A DNA stretch of 64,000 nt from Candidatus Latescibacterota bacterium (GCA_965223905.1 CBDCXV010000001.1:1656784-1720783); one strand, 5' to 3'; shown: positions 1 to 11,084, numbered from the stretch's first letter. Program-made: numbers and translations. The notes: generated by a model not told the origin, from the sequence alone.

Positions 1-212
1 CTCTTGCATGTGGGGAGACGGTCCAAGCCAGGCGCGGGGGGCCCTCCGGTCCGCCGGCGGGATTGCTCACGTGCATTCTGCGAAGAGGGTCGATGCGAAC
101 GACGGCCGCGCAGCTTCGGCGGAAGGTCGGCGCAGGTCACGGCCTTCGGTGAAGGAACTCCCCCCCGGTTCGGGGCGGACCTCGTACTATCGGTTCGAAC
201 CCCGCGGCGCTG

Positions 213-1124
213 CTACGGTACGTACGGCTGGCCGGTGCGGCGCAGTTCCTTGGTCACCGCTATCTGGCAGGTCAGGTAGCCGCCCATGTACCCGGTGGCG
301 AACCCCGGGCGCGCGTCCCCGATGGTGCCGACGATGAGATTGGCGTGCTCGACGGAAATCGCGTAGCGGTCGACGAGCAGGGCCACCATCTCCCGCCACG
401 CCGCTTTCAGCGCCTCTCCCCAGTCGTCCGCCCGCGACCCGGTCAGCCATTCCTCCGGGGCCTCGACCACCCCGGTGGTCTCTACCACCGGACTGCTGCA
501 GGGAAACCCGGGTGAGCGGTCGACCTTCAGGGTCACCGCGGAGTCGATTTCCACGCCGGCCCCGGTCAGCTCGCCATCCCCCATGCGGGCGTGTACGTCC
601 CCAAGCGACAGCAACCCCCCCGGCTTCTGGGCGCGGATGTGGACGGTGCTTCCCGGCTGGATGGAGTTGAAGTCCATGTTGCCGCCGTGGTCGATGGCGT
701 TCGGGGCCCAGGATTCCAGCTGCATGACGCCGATCATCGGCCGCACCGGCACGACGAGGTCCGGCGGAAAGTGGATGAGACCGTCGCGCACCGGGGCGAT
801 GCAGCGCCAGTTGCCCCAGTTGGGGCCGCCGTTGCGGTAGAAGCCGTACGGGGCGCACTTGATGTCGATGATTTCGAGGGCCACCCAGTCGTCGGGACCG
901 ATCCCCTCGATGGCGAAGGGACCACCTCGCCGCGAGTAGCGGGGGTGGGTGGCGGCAGCGGTAATCTGGCCGGCCCTGGTTTCTCCGGCAGCCTCGTAGT
1001 CGTGGTCGTTGCCGCCCACGGTTTCGATGACCACGGTCTCCCCGAGCTCGAGGGTTCCTCTCAACTGCCCGATTTCAGGGTCGTCCGGCCCGCTGTAGCA
1101 GGGTGTTCTGGTAAAGCGGCGCAT
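213..1124 (-). CDS. acetamidase/formamidase family protein
   Basis: Motifs GPFAIEG..P.D, HGGNMDF, PGGLLSLGDVHARMGDGELTGAGVEI. ATG at 1124 has a GGAG RBS; the longer ORF to 1853 overlaps the next gene. Confidence 0.85.
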   Translation of the reverse strand: MRRFTRTPCYSGPDDPEIGQLRGTLELGETVVIETVGGNDHDYEAAGETRAGQITAAATHPRYSRRGGPFAIEGIGPDDWVALEIIDIKCAPYGFYRNGGPNWGNWRCIAPVRDGLIHFPPDLVVPVRPMIGVMQLESWAPNAIDHGGNMDFNSIQPGSTVHIRAQKPGGLLSLGDVHARMGDGELTGAGVEIDSAVTLKVDRSPGFPCSSPVVETTGVVEAPEEWLTGSRADDWGEALKAAWREMVALLVDRYAISVEHANLIVGTIGDARPGFATGYMGGYLTCQIAVTKELRRTGQPYVP

Positions 1125-1229
1125 ATCGGTCTCCGGTGTCGTAGATTTTCCGGTTGCTTCAGGCGATTGACAGCGGCGAATTCTCCGCAAAGCACAATTC
1201 GCGGTCAACCGAAAGAAAGCGGCCAACAG

Positions 1230-2009
1230 ATGCGCGCGGACCAGATCTCCAGCGGGGTCACGGAAGCGACCATCGTTCCCGGGCGCGGCGGGCTCGTAAC
1301 CCGGTTCGCGGTCTCCGGGCGCGAGATCCTCTTTCTCGACCGCGCCAGCTTCGAAGACCGCGGACAGCCTGTCCGCGGCGGCATTCCCGTCCTCTTTCCG
1401 TTCGCCGGCCGCCTCGCCGACAACCTGCTCCTGGCGACGGGAACCTCCCTGGGCCTGCACGGCTTCGCCCGCGATCTCGAGTGGACGGTCACCGGACACG
1501 GCGCCGACCGGCACCGGATGGAGCTGGTGGCCAGCCCGGAAATACTCGAGACCTACCCGTTCGCGCACCGGTTGACGCAGACCACGTCCGTGGCGGACGG
1601 CGAGCTGTCCCTCGCTCTCGAGATCGAAAACAGGTCCCCGCGGCCGATGCCGGTGGCGCCGGGATGGCACCCCTACTTCCGCTGCCCCCGTGAAAGCAAG
1701 GCCGGTGTCCGCTACGGACTGGCGGACTTCCCCTGCGAGCAGCTCGGCGACTCCTACGACTTCGGGCTGGAAGCGCCGGCGGCCGGGAGAATCGATTTCG
1801 ACATCCCGGGTGAGGGCGGTGTCTCGCTGTCGTTTTCTCCAGGATTCCGCCACCTGCAGTTCTGGACCCTGCCGGATCGCGACTTCATCTGCGTGGAGCC
1901 CTGGGACGGTCCTCCTGGTGTCATCAACAGCGACCGCGGCCGCCTCGTCTCCCCCGGCGGAACGCTGACCTGCCGGATGCGGATTTCTCCGCCAGCCCGG
2001 GAGTCCTGA
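1230..2009 (+). CDS. aldose 1-epimerase / galactose mutarotase-like protein
   Basis: RGGIPVLFPFAGRL, HGFARDLEW, YPF, GWHPYF and FICVEPW motifs. Confidence 0.9.
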   Translation: MRADQISSGVTEATIVPGRGGLVTRFAVSGREILFLDRASFEDRGQPVRGGIPVLFPFAGRLADNLLLATGTSLGLHGFARDLEWTVTGHGADRHRMELVASPEILETYPFAHRLTQTTSVADGELSLALEIENRSPRPMPVAPGWHPYFRCPRESKAGVRYGLADFPCEQLGDSYDFGLEAPAAGRIDFDIPGEGGVSLSFSPGFRHLQFWTLPDRDFICVEPWDGPPGVINSDRGRLVSPGGTLTCRMRISPPARES

Positions 2010-2014
2010 CCGGA

Positions 2015-2611
2015 ATGTCGCTTCAGCGCCGGGTCCGCGAGCTGCTCGACAGGCTCGACGCCAGAACCTCCGCGTACGCCCGGCACCTGCCCTCCGGTGC
2101 CGGGATCGCGGTGCGCGCCGACGAGCCCGTCGACACCCTGAGCGTGATCAAGATACCGGTGCTGGTTCTCGCTTTCCGCGACGTGGAAGCCGGGAAGCTC
2201 GACCTCGAAGGCCGCCGCGTCGTCGGCCCGCAGGATCTCCGCAACGGCACCGGGGTCCTGAAGAACTTCGAGCCCGGCCTGCAACCGACCTGGGGCGATC
2301 TGCTGACGCAGATGATCATCACCAGCGACAACACCGCCACCGATATCGTCGTCGACAGGGTCGGCTTCGAGCGCGTCAACGACCTGCTGGGCAAGCTCGG
2401 GTACACCGGGACCCGGCTTCAGCACACCCTGGCCGGCTACTTCCGCCGCCGCTGGGAGCTCCTCGATCCGGCCAACGCCTCGCTGTCGAACACCGAGGCT
2501 TCCGCCCGCGGCAATCTGTCACTCGCGGTACAAGGGGGGGCTGCCCCCGGGAGCAGGCCCGGTCCGGGAGCTTCAGAGGGGCTGCGTCGGAAAGCGACGG
2601 CGATCAGGTAG
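2015..2611 (+). pseudogene. class A beta-lactamase-like serine hydrolase, 3'-truncated
   Basis: SVIK (SxxK) and SDN motifs are present but there is no KTG motif. Only 198 aa, and family-like sequence stops at about nt 2510. Confidence 0.7.
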
Positions 2612-2627
2612 CCCCCATCTTCTCTGC

Positions 2628-3458
2628 TCAGCCTCCCTCGCTCCAGGCCTCGTAGCGCGCCACCGCCAGGTCGTCGAGGCTTTCCTGCCCTCCCGCCGCC
2701 ACCTCCAGCCTCACGGTCGTCTCCAGGAGGTCCCCGGGACCGGCGTCGCGGCCGAAGAGGTGGAAGTACTGCGAGTTGTGGAAGCCGTTGTACCCCGAGA
2801 GCCCGATGCAGTCCCGGCGCCTGGCCATCGAGACGACGGAGGGACCGAAACGATGCTGCTGGGTCATCAGCGGCAGCGCGTAGTCCGGTCCCAGCATCCA
2901 GTTCTGGGACGGCTTCGTCATCCAGCGCCCGTCGAGGAAGAGGCGGCGCGCTTCGTCGTCGCGGGGCCACGCCTCGTCGTTGAACTCCCCGCACCAGGCG
3001 GTCTCGTACCAGCGCATCGGAACGGCCGCATCGACGCTCGCGTCCTTCAGCGCAAAGCGCGGCCTGTGGTAGGGGGTGAAGTAGCTCGACACGAACAGCT
3101 CGTAGGCGGCGTAGGGCTGCAGGACCTCGGCCTGAATCCCCATCTCGACGGCGAGCTGATCCGCGAATACGCGGTAGCGCACGGAAAGGCGGACGTTGTT
3201 TTCAGGACACGGGGGCCAGCGCACCCACGCGTCCCCCTCTTCGACCGACACCTCGGCTTGCCGCTGGCGCACGATATCGATCTGACGGGCATCCGCGGCG
3301 GCTCGGTAGATGCTGAGCCAGGCGAACTCAGGCCCTTCGTCGAGGTGGAAGTGGGTCCCTTTCGACAGGCGGATTCCGTTGCTGCCGAGAACGGTGACCG
3401 ACCAGTCGCCCATCGGGGACTGGATCGTTTCAGGTGGCGCGTAGGGGGCAAACGACAT
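2628..3458 (-). CDS. conserved hypothetical protein (276 aa)
   Basis: Protein-like composition, GC3-biased codons, GGAG RBS upstream of the ATG. Confidence 0.75.
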   Translation of the reverse strand: MSFAPYAPPETIQSPMGDWSVTVLGSNGIRLSKGTHFHLDEGPEFAWLSIYRAAADARQIDIVRQRQAEVSVEEGDAWVRWPPCPENNVRLSVRYRVFADQLAVEMGIQAEVLQPYAAYELFVSSYFTPYHRPRFALKDASVDAAVPMRWYETAWCGEFNDEAWPRDDEARRLFLDGRWMTKPSQNWMLGPDYALPLMTQQHRFGPSVVSMARRRDCIGLSGYNGFHNSQYFHLFGRDAGPGDLLETTVRLEVAAGGQESLDDLAVARYEAWSEGG

Positions 3459-3610
3459 GGGGTTCCTCCGCTTTCAATGCCGGCGGCCCGGGCCGGCTAT
3501 GGTTACTCAACCTTCTTCGCAACCTCGACCCATGCAGCGCGCCGTAGGGTAGATCTGCTTGACGGTCGCAGTTTGGGGCCAGGCTCGGCGCGAGGGCAGA
3601 AGCTGCCCCG

Positions 3611-4051
3611 TCACTCGCTCCGGCGCAATCCGAAGGCCGTGATGGCGAGTCGGCAAGGAAGCAGAGCGTCCCGACCGGAACCAGGAGAACACCGATGAAC
3701 GGGTCTCCGCCATGAGTCCGGATTCCCCCGAGAAAGAACCCCAGGGGAAGAAGCAGGGCCGCGGCGATCAGCAGCGGGGAGGCCTTCGCCAGGCGCTCGG
3801 CCGCCGGGGGCTCCTGGCTCCCCGCGACGAGGGCGTACAGGATGTTGACGATTGCCAGCAGCCCTCCGTGGGCGTGGGCGAGCCTCCACATCCGCCTCCG
3901 CACCTCGTTTCCGACGTCGAGGTACCGCCCGACCTTGAAGCCGTGCATCGACTCCAGCGCGATCCCAAGGGTCGCGAAGAGAAGCAGGGCGAACCATCCG
4001 AAGCGCATGTTGCGGCCGGCAATCCACCGGGATCCTGTCGTGGGTATTCAT
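3611..4051 (-). pseudogene. small integral membrane protein (LAHAHG motif), frameshifted at both ends
   Basis: Hydrophobic core MRFGWFALLLF...WRLAHAHGGLL...LLPLGFFLGG in frame 3430..4008. The plausible N- and C-termini (MNTHDRIP; LAITAFGLRRSE*) lie in frame 3611..4144. Confidence 0.55.
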
Positions 4052-4286
4052 CACCAACGGAACGACCCCGCAAAAATACTCCCGGTAACCGCCGGCGGAG
4101 GCGTATGTTCTGGGATTACGACGGAACCCCGACTGCACCGGCACCGCGGCGACGAGCTGTCTGCAGGCAGGAAAACGCCCCGGCGCCCATCCTCCAGGCT
4201 TGGTTTGCCCTCAAGGAACAGGATGAACCGGCGGTGTATCTGGTGAAGCTTCACCCTTTGCAACGGCCCCCCGACCCCGAAGGGGG

Positions 4287-6128
4287 GTGAACCCTGCCCA
4301 GGCAGCGATTTCCCTTCCGGGCCGTCGGCGTCGGCGCCCTGATGGCCTTTGCCATAGCAACCCTGTTTCCCTACGGCGTCCTCGTCAGGGGCACCTCCAT
4401 CGGCCCCACCGATTTCATCACCTCGGAGTCGCTGTTTCTGCTGTTCCTGCTGGTCGTCGTCAACACCCCGGCGAGGTGGCTGCTGCCCCGGTTTGCCTTC
4501 TCGGCTCACGAGCTGGTCGTCATCTACGCGATGATGATCGCCGCTTCCGCAGTGCCCATCATCGGCGTCACCGCTCAGCTCATCCCCTTTCTGCCGGGTG
4601 TCTACTACTTCGCCACCCCCGAGAACCACTGGGACGAGCTGATCCACCCCTATGTGAAGTCCTGGCTGGCGCCCCAGGACGAGGCCGCGGTCCGCTACTT
4701 CTTCGAGGGCCTGCCAGGCGCTGGCAGGACGAGCGCCTCGTCTACCCGCTCGTGCAGCTGCCGCTCGACATGGTCTCCGAGGACGGCGGCGGCTCACCGG
4801 TGAACCGGTTCCTGAAGAGCCCCCTGATGTGGCTGGGGTTCGCCATACCGTTCGTGCTGCTCAGCTTCTCCGGTCTCCACGCCCATTTTCCCGCCATCCC
4901 CGGCCTCGAGCTCAGCACCGCGTTACCGCTGTTCCACGGCATGAAGGGATTGGGGTACGCCCAGGACGAGGTCTTCGTCTCCCTGCGCTTCCTCCTCATC
5001 GGACTGAGCTACTTCGTCCCTCTCGAAGTGTCGTTCAGCCTGTGGTTCTTCTACCTGCTGAACCACCTGCAGGTCGGCCTCTTCACTCGCATCGGTTTCG
5101 ACGTGCCGGGGTTCCAGGAACTGCACTCCGAAGGCACCATCGCCAGCGCCCACCAGGGTATGGGGGCGATGATCGCCCTGGTGGCCGTTTCCCTGTGGAC
5201 GGCGAGGCGCCACCTTGCCGGCGCCTTCCGCTCCGCGTTCTCGAGGGGCGCTGCCGGGGACGGGGAGGAGATGCTTCGCTACCGCACCTGTGTCTGGATG
5301 CTGCTCGCCGCGGCGGCCTATGCGGTAGCCTGGCTGAACGCGGCCGGGGTGCCTGTCGCCGTCGCCATGGCGCTTCTGGCGGTGGCGTTCGCCGTCTTCA
5401 TCGGTCTGACACGGGTTGTAGCGGAAGGGGGAATAGGCTACGGCCGGGCGACCATGACCCCGATGGGATTCACCGTGCACCTCTTCGGGACTGCGCAGAT
5501 CGGTCCCGAGGGGCTGACCCATTTCGCCCTCGCTCACGGCTGGGGCGGCGACATTCGCACCACGGTGATGACCTCGGCGGCGAACGGCCTCAAACTCGCG
5601 ACGGCAACCCGTACCCGGCCGCAGCCGCTGTTCTGGGCGATCCTCATCGCGGTGACAGTGGCGCTGGCCGGATCCGCCTGGACCGTGATATCCGCAGGCT
5701 ACGCCCACGGCGGGATCAACCTGCACTACTGGTTCTACGGCCGTTTCGGGCAGTGGGCGTTCGAGCAGCTGGCGATCAAGCAGCTCAACCCGATACCGGA
5801 CTGGAACATCCTCGGGCCTCGGGGGCTGTTCACGGCGCTCGGCGCCGGGGGGATGGGGGTGCTGATGTTCCTCCGCCACCGGTTTCTCGGGTGGCCGCTG
5901 CATTACATCGGCTTTCCGGTCGCCGGCACCTACGTCATGTTCTTCGCCTGGTTCGGGCTCTTCACCGGCTGGCTGTTCAAGCTCGTCATCCTCAGGTACG
6001 GAGGCAGCCGGCTCTACCTGCGCATGCGGCCCTTCTTCCTGGGGATGGTGCTGGGCAACATCGTCTGCGCCGGTTTCTGGATGGCCGTGACTCTGATCAC
6101 CGGGGTGCGCGCCCCCATCCCGCTCTGA
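4287..6128 (+). pseudogene. DUF6785/DUF6784-family polytopic membrane protein with frameshift and internal deletion
   Basis: N-part (ELVVIYAMM, YYFATPENHW, RYFFEGLP) is in frame 4342..4803. C-part (ERLVYPLVQLP, SLWFFYL, TRVVAEGG, WPLHYIGF, RPFFLGMVLG) is in frame 4287..6128. The PW...W-helix segment normally between FEGLP and ERLxYP is absent. Confidence 0.8.
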
Positions 6129-6370
6129 GGGCGGGGCCGCGGGCGCCGAGGCGGGCACAGCTGGAAGCCCAGGATCGGGATAGTCGATCAGCTGGCGGCC
6201 TGCGAAACACCCCCCGCCTCCCTGTTCCACACTTCGAGGGGGTTCCCTCCACGGTGCGGACAACCATTCCCCGAACCATCGCCGCGGCCGCCGTCCGGCA
6301 AGCCGCGGTGTCAACACCGTCCCGCTCCGATCATCCGCCTTTCCGGAAGGGAAAATCGTGCAAGGGGCAA

Positions 6371-8902
6371 CTACGTGCCCGGTACGCGGTGCGCCAGCCG
6401 CTGCAGGATCTCCCTGGCGTTGCTTTCGCCCGGATCGATTAGCAGGGCCCGGCGCAGCTCGACTCTGGCGGCCCTCCATTTCTCCTGCACAAGGGCGACC
6501 ACCCCGAGAAGCATGTGGCGCCGAGCTTCGAAGCGCCGGTCGAGCCGTTTCGCCGTCTCCTCGTCGACGCCTGGGAGGTACGGAACTATGCTCGCCGTCA
6601 GTTGCGTTGAGACGCTGCGAAGCGCCGGCATGCCCCGGCTGGTCCCCTTGCGCTTGCGCTCGGAGAAACTGATGTAGGGACGGTCGTCGGTGTTCGTGGG
6701 ACCGGTGCCCGCATAGGCGGCCAGCCCCGTCTCGCCGAGGGCGAGGGTGCTGAGCAGGGAGATCGCGTCTCCGAGGAAGACCTCGTCCAGCTGCCGGCTG
6801 ATCGACGTTTCGCGCAGCCTGGCGTTCAGCTGTTCGACGTCGATGTGCAATCTCTCCGGGGTGGCCAGCATCACCGCGTAGCTTCGCGTCAGCCACAGGG
6901 AGGCGTGCGGGAACACGGTCCGGAAGGTGCGCAGGATCATCTTGAAATCCGCCACCGTGAGGCCGTGCAGGGGCAGCCACTGGGCGACGATCCCCCCGGG
7001 GTTCAGCCGTTGCCGGCACAGCCGGTAGAACTCCTCCGTGTACAGCACCCAGCTGTCCGCGGTGCCGGGATGGGTGGCGTCGCCGATGAGGAGGTCGTAC
7101 GTGCGCTCGCTGCGCAGCACGTGGTTGCGGCCGTCCTCGGGAATCAGCTCGAGAACCCCCTGCCCGAAACGCTCGTACACCTCGTTGTTGTGGTCGGCGA
7201 AGTGAATCCCCGCTTCCACGACCGCGGGCACGACCTCGACGCAGTCGATGCGCCGGGGACCGTACCCCTCCACCGTGGCCAGGGTGATGCCGCCGCCGAA
7301 GGCGATGACGAGGACCTCCTCGGGGTCCGGGTGAACGACCATCGGCAGGGTTCCGAGCAGGCGGAAGGTCTGCAAGGAAGAGAAATCCGTCGGCACCTCT
7401 CCCCCGCCGTTGACCTTGAGTATGCGGTAGCCGCCGTCTGCGGCGTGGACGCTGACGGTGCCCGCGGCGTCTTCGTCGAAGTGGACCATGCGGGTGTTGC
7501 GGTGGCTCCAGGCCAGCATCGCCTCCATCAGGTCCCCGGGAATCACCCCTTTCCACAGCAGGAAGAACCCCCCGGCCAGAACCAGGGGCACCAACTTGCG
7601 GCCCCGGCCCGCGGCACTCCACAGGACGAGCACCAGACCGGCGGCGAGATTGATCAGCGCCAGAAACTCGAGCGAGCCCTGCGTGCCGAGCTGGGGAATG
7701 AGCACGAAGCCTGCCGCGAAGGCGCCGAAGATTGCCCCCGTCGTGTTGACTGCGTAGATGTCGCCGACCTCGGTACCGACCGCCCCGAGCCTCCGCACCC
7801 GGATCCTGCCGACGAGGGGAAACAGAAACCCCATCAGGAAGGTCGGGATGAACATCACCGCTGCCGCGGCGATGAACAGCATGGCGATGTGAGCCTCCCA
7901 CACCGGCCTTGGGAAGGCGGCCATCAGCCTCGGCAGGCTGGCGACCGCCGCTACCGAAACGACGCCGAAAACCCCGAGAAGCAGTTCGACGACCCCGAAG
8001 GCGTACACCCTGTCGCGCAGGCGGTCGGCCCAGCGGGCCCCGGCCGCGGAACCCGCGGCGATTCCGGCCAGGAAGGTGACGACGATGGTGCTCAGGGTCT
8101 GCACCGTGGCGCTCGTCAGCGCCGTCTGCAGCAACCGGGTCCAGACCACCTCGTAGCCCAGTGCCGCAAACCCCGAAAGGGCGAACACCGCAGGAACAGC
8201 TATCTCCAGGCGCCGCGGAAGGGGATCGGCCGAAGACACGAGGTCCGGCTGGCCGGCAGCCTGCGGTTGACTCCCCGTTCCGGCGGCCCGCTCGATCAGC
8301 AAGGCCGCAGCGGCAATGGCGAGATTGGCGGCCGCGGCCGCGAACACCGTTCCCCGCACCCCCAGGTGCTCCATCAGGAAAAAGGCCGCGGCGAAACACC
8401 CGAGCGCCGCACCGGCGGTGTTGATGCTGTAGAGGGACCCCAGTTGCCAGCCTGCCGCGGAGAGGTGGCGCACCGCGAAACGGCACAGCGCGGGCAGGGT
8501 ACCGCCCATCAGGATCGTCGGTGGAAGCAGGACCAGGAAGCTCAGGGCGAAGCGCGCCAGCGCGAACAGCAGGGGCCGGCCCTCGAGCACCTGGTAAAGT
8601 GCCGTGTGCACGTCGTCGAGGCCGGCCAGAATCCACGGGAACGCCAGCGAGAAGAGACCGATGCCCAGTTCCAGGAGGGCGTAAATCCGCAGGCCGCGGC
8701 CGCGGCTGTCGGCGACGCGCCCGAACAGGGCGCTGCCCAGGGCCAAGCCGGCCATGAAGGCGGTCAGCACCGTGCTGACGGCAAAGACGCTGACTCCGAA
8801 GACGACGATCAGCATGCGCACCCAGACCACCTGGTACACGAGGGTGCAGGCCCCGGAGAGGAAGAAAAGGGCGGCGACCAGCAGCGGGGTGTTCCTGTTC
8901 AC
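6371..8902 (-). CDS. fused MFS-like membrane domain / spermidine synthase family protein
   Basis: Duplicated FxLSG..L.Y(Q/E)VVW.R membrane repeats and YxxNTxGAxxG. SAM-fold motifs VLVIAFGGGIT, VEVVPAV, EDGRN, YTEEFY, LNPGGIVAQWLP, NTDDRP. C-terminal TPR-like helices. Confidence 0.9.
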   Translation of the reverse strand: MNRNTPLLVAALFFLSGACTLVYQVVWVRMLIVVFGVSVFAVSTVLTAFMAGLALGSALFGRVADSRGRGLRIYALLELGIGLFSLAFPWILAGLDDVHTALYQVLEGRPLLFALARFALSFLVLLPPTILMGGTLPALCRFAVRHLSAAGWQLGSLYSINTAGAALGCFAAAFFLMEHLGVRGTVFAAAAANLAIAAAALLIERAAGTGSQPQAAGQPDLVSSADPLPRRLEIAVPAVFALSGFAALGYEVVWTRLLQTALTSATVQTLSTIVVTFLAGIAAGSAAGARWADRLRDRVYAFGVVELLLGVFGVVSVAAVASLPRLMAAFPRPVWEAHIAMLFIAAAAVMFIPTFLMGFLFPLVGRIRVRRLGAVGTEVGDIYAVNTTGAIFGAFAAGFVLIPQLGTQGSLEFLALINLAAGLVLVLWSAAGRGRKLVPLVLAGGFFLLWKGVIPGDLMEAMLAWSHRNTRMVHFDEDAAGTVSVHAADGGYRILKVNGGGEVPTDFSSLQTFRLLGTLPMVVHPDPEEVLVIAFGGGITLATVEGYGPRRIDCVEVVPAVVEAGIHFADHNNEVYERFGQGVLELIPEDGRNHVLRSERTYDLLIGDATHPGTADSWVLYTEEFYRLCRQRLNPGGIVAQWLPLHGLTVADFKMILRTFRTVFPHASLWLTRSYAVMLATPERLHIDVEQLNARLRETSISRQLDEVFLGDAISLLSTLALGETGLAAYAGTGPTNTDDRPYISFSERKRKGTSRGMPALRSVSTQLTASIVPYLPGVDEETAKRLDRRFEARRHMLLGVVALVQEKWRAARVELRRALLIDPGESNAREILQRLAHRVPGT

Positions 8903-9525
8903 CGGCTGTTCCTAATTCCGCGCAGGTTCGGGGAGCGGGCGGTGCGGCGATCCGCGGCTTCGGGGGTCCGGTGCCGTTCGCCGAGGTGGCGGCATGGCCC
9001 CCGTCGAACTATCCGGCGTCGAGGAGGAAGGCGAGAACGGCGATGGCGTGCCGGCTATTCACCACGTGCAGCGTCGATCGGCGTCAATTCCCAGCGAGCT
9101 TCCGTGGCGTCCCTTCATTCGGTCCCGGCAGTCCCATCGAAAGTAACCATTGCGACGGGGGTGGGCTAAAGCGTTCGAAGCCGGCAAATTCTTGCCCGAA
9201 CCCCCCGCAACCCCTTTCGTACGGCCCGAACTCGCAGGGCGCGTACCGGCGATCGGCTGACGAACATCGTTCGGGCCGCGGCCGCGAATCCCCGCGCAGC
9301 ATCCGCTTCTTCATCCGGCTCTCGGCACCGCGGCCCGGAAGCCCCGCCCCAGATGAATCTTCTCCGCCTCACTCTCTTCTCTCATTTGCCGCTCCGGGTT
9401 CGCCGGGCTCATATGGGAGCCGATCTGCGCAGCTGTGGGCGGGGTTCGGCGCGATCTGGGGGACCTATCGGAGGCAGAAGCCCTGCTTTTGCGCTTCCTT
9501 GGGAGCGCATCGCGAAGGTAGAAAC

Positions 9526-11064
9526 GTGACACGTCTCCCGATCACCTTGTGCGCCTTCCTCGGTCTCGCCGGGACCCTGGCGGCCCCGGCCGCCGTGGAA
9601 GGGCGGCCGCGGATGCTGCGGGGCGCCGCGGTCACCGACGCCCTGGTCTCGGCCGCGGCGGGAGATTCGGTGCGCTTCGACAGCGCCCTGGTGCGCGGAC
9701 GCGTCTTCGCAGCGGCCGACACCATCAGGGGCAGAATACTGTTCCGCGCGGTTCGGTTCCTCGGCGGCTTCGCGCTCGACGGGGTGGCGTTCTCTGGCCC
9801 GGTCCTGTTCGAAGACTGCGAGTTCCGCCAGGGAGCTTCCTTTCTCGAGTCCAGGTTCGAGCAACCGGCCCTGTTCCGGCGCTGCAGCTTCGGGAAGCAC
9901 ACCAGCTTCAACAAGGCGGTTCTCAGCGGCGCCGACTTCGAGCTCAGCCGGTTCTCCGGCCCGGCGACCTTCATCGACACCCGCTTCGAAGGCGACGTCT
10001 GCTTCGACCACGCGCAGTTCCAGGACGTCTATTTCGACCGCTCGAGGTTCGCTGCTTCCGGGAGCTTCACCGACGCCGTTATCGAGCTCGAGGCCTCGTT
10101 CAAGGAGACCGTCTTCGCGGATGCGGTCTTCGCGGGGACCCGTTTCGGCGAGGAGACGCTGTTCCGCAACAGCCGCTTCGAAGGCCCGGCTCGCTTCGAC
10201 AGGGCGCGCTTCAGGCGCCGCGTGTATTTCAACGGCGCCGACTTTGCCGGCCACGCCTCGTTCCGCGACATAACCTTCGTTCGCGGGGGCGTGTTCTCCG
10301 GGGCCCGCTTCGCCGGCGGCGCCTCCTTCGCCGGCAGCCGCTTTCGCGCCGACCTCGACCTGTCCGGCGCCACCGCGGACGCCCAGGTCTCCCTGAACGC
10401 CGCCTTTGCCGGCGACCTGATCCTGCACGACAGCTCTCTCTCCACCCTCGATCTCGCCGGCTATTCGGCCGTGGAGAATGCCGATTCGGCGGCCGCGGCC
10501 TCCCCGCGGGTGTTCCTCGAGGGGGCCCGCTTCGACAACCTGCGGCTGTCCTGGGGGAATCTCCGCGGCCGCATCGCCGCCCGCGACAGCACCCAGGTCG
10601 CCCCCCTGGCGGAGCAGTACGCCGGGGTGGCCCACCACCTCAGGAAGCGGGGACTCGAGCGCGAGGCCGACGCGGCCATGGCCGAATGGACGGACCGCCT
10701 GCGCACGAGCCTCGGCTGGACCTCGCCGCGCCGCTACCTGCTCGAGCTGCTCAACGCGACGTCGCGCTACGGCAACAGCCTGGGCCGGCTGGCCGCAACC
10801 GGGATCGCCCTGCTGCTCCTGTTCACCCTCCTGTACTGGTCCGGGCGCCGACGACTGGTCGCGAACTCCGGCACCGGAACCGCCGGGATCGCCGACTGCT
10901 TTTTCCTGAGCCTGGCGGCGTTCGCCCATCTCGGGGGCGCATCGCGGTGGGGGGCAAGCGGAGGCATCCGGCTGCTGCAGCTGCTGGAAGGCCTGGTCGG
11001 CTGGCTGTACTGGGCCGCTCTGGTCGCCGTCGGCCTGCGTCTCCTGTTGCGGGGGTTCGTCTGA
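9526..11064 (+). CDS. pentapeptide-repeat protein with C-terminal two-helix ion-channel-like domain
   Basis: Signal-like N-terminus and many A(x)Fxx(A/S)xF repeats. C-terminal SRYG.S..R, TM helix, FFLSLAAFAHLG pore-like segment, LEGLVGW TM helix. Confidence 0.8.
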   Translation: MTRLPITLCAFLGLAGTLAAPAAVEGRPRMLRGAAVTDALVSAAAGDSVRFDSALVRGRVFAAADTIRGRILFRAVRFLGGFALDGVAFSGPVLFEDCEFRQGASFLESRFEQPALFRRCSFGKHTSFNKAVLSGADFELSRFSGPATFIDTRFEGDVCFDHAQFQDVYFDRSRFAASGSFTDAVIELEASFKETVFADAVFAGTRFGEETLFRNSRFEGPARFDRARFRRRVYFNGADFAGHASFRDITFVRGGVFSGARFAGGASFAGSRFRADLDLSGATADAQVSLNAAFAGDLILHDSSLSTLDLAGYSAVENADSAAAASPRVFLEGARFDNLRLSWGNLRGRIAARDSTQVAPLAEQYAGVAHHLRKRGLEREADAAMAEWTDRLRTSLGWTSPRRYLLELLNATSRYGNSLGRLAATGIALLLLFTLLYWSGRRRLVANSGTGTAGIADCFFLSLAAFAHLGGASRWGASGGIRLLQLLEGLVGWLYWAALVAVGLRLLLRGFV

Positions 11065-11084
11065 AATTCCCCACCCTTCCGCGC

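Noticed and set aside
4923-8636. Very long alternative-frame/antisense ORFs (for example 4923..8636, the upstream part of 25918..29643, 40269..42950, 51921..54812, 52207..54843)
   Set aside because: Shadow ORFs expected from high-GC codon bias. They are Arg/Gly/Pro-rich, lack motifs and overlap well-supported genes.
8903-9525. Long intergenic region as a riboswitch or ncRNA
   Set aside because: No recognisable aptamer or tRNA motif by eye. It may be a divergent promoter region or a decayed gene, and an Rfam scan would be needed to say more.
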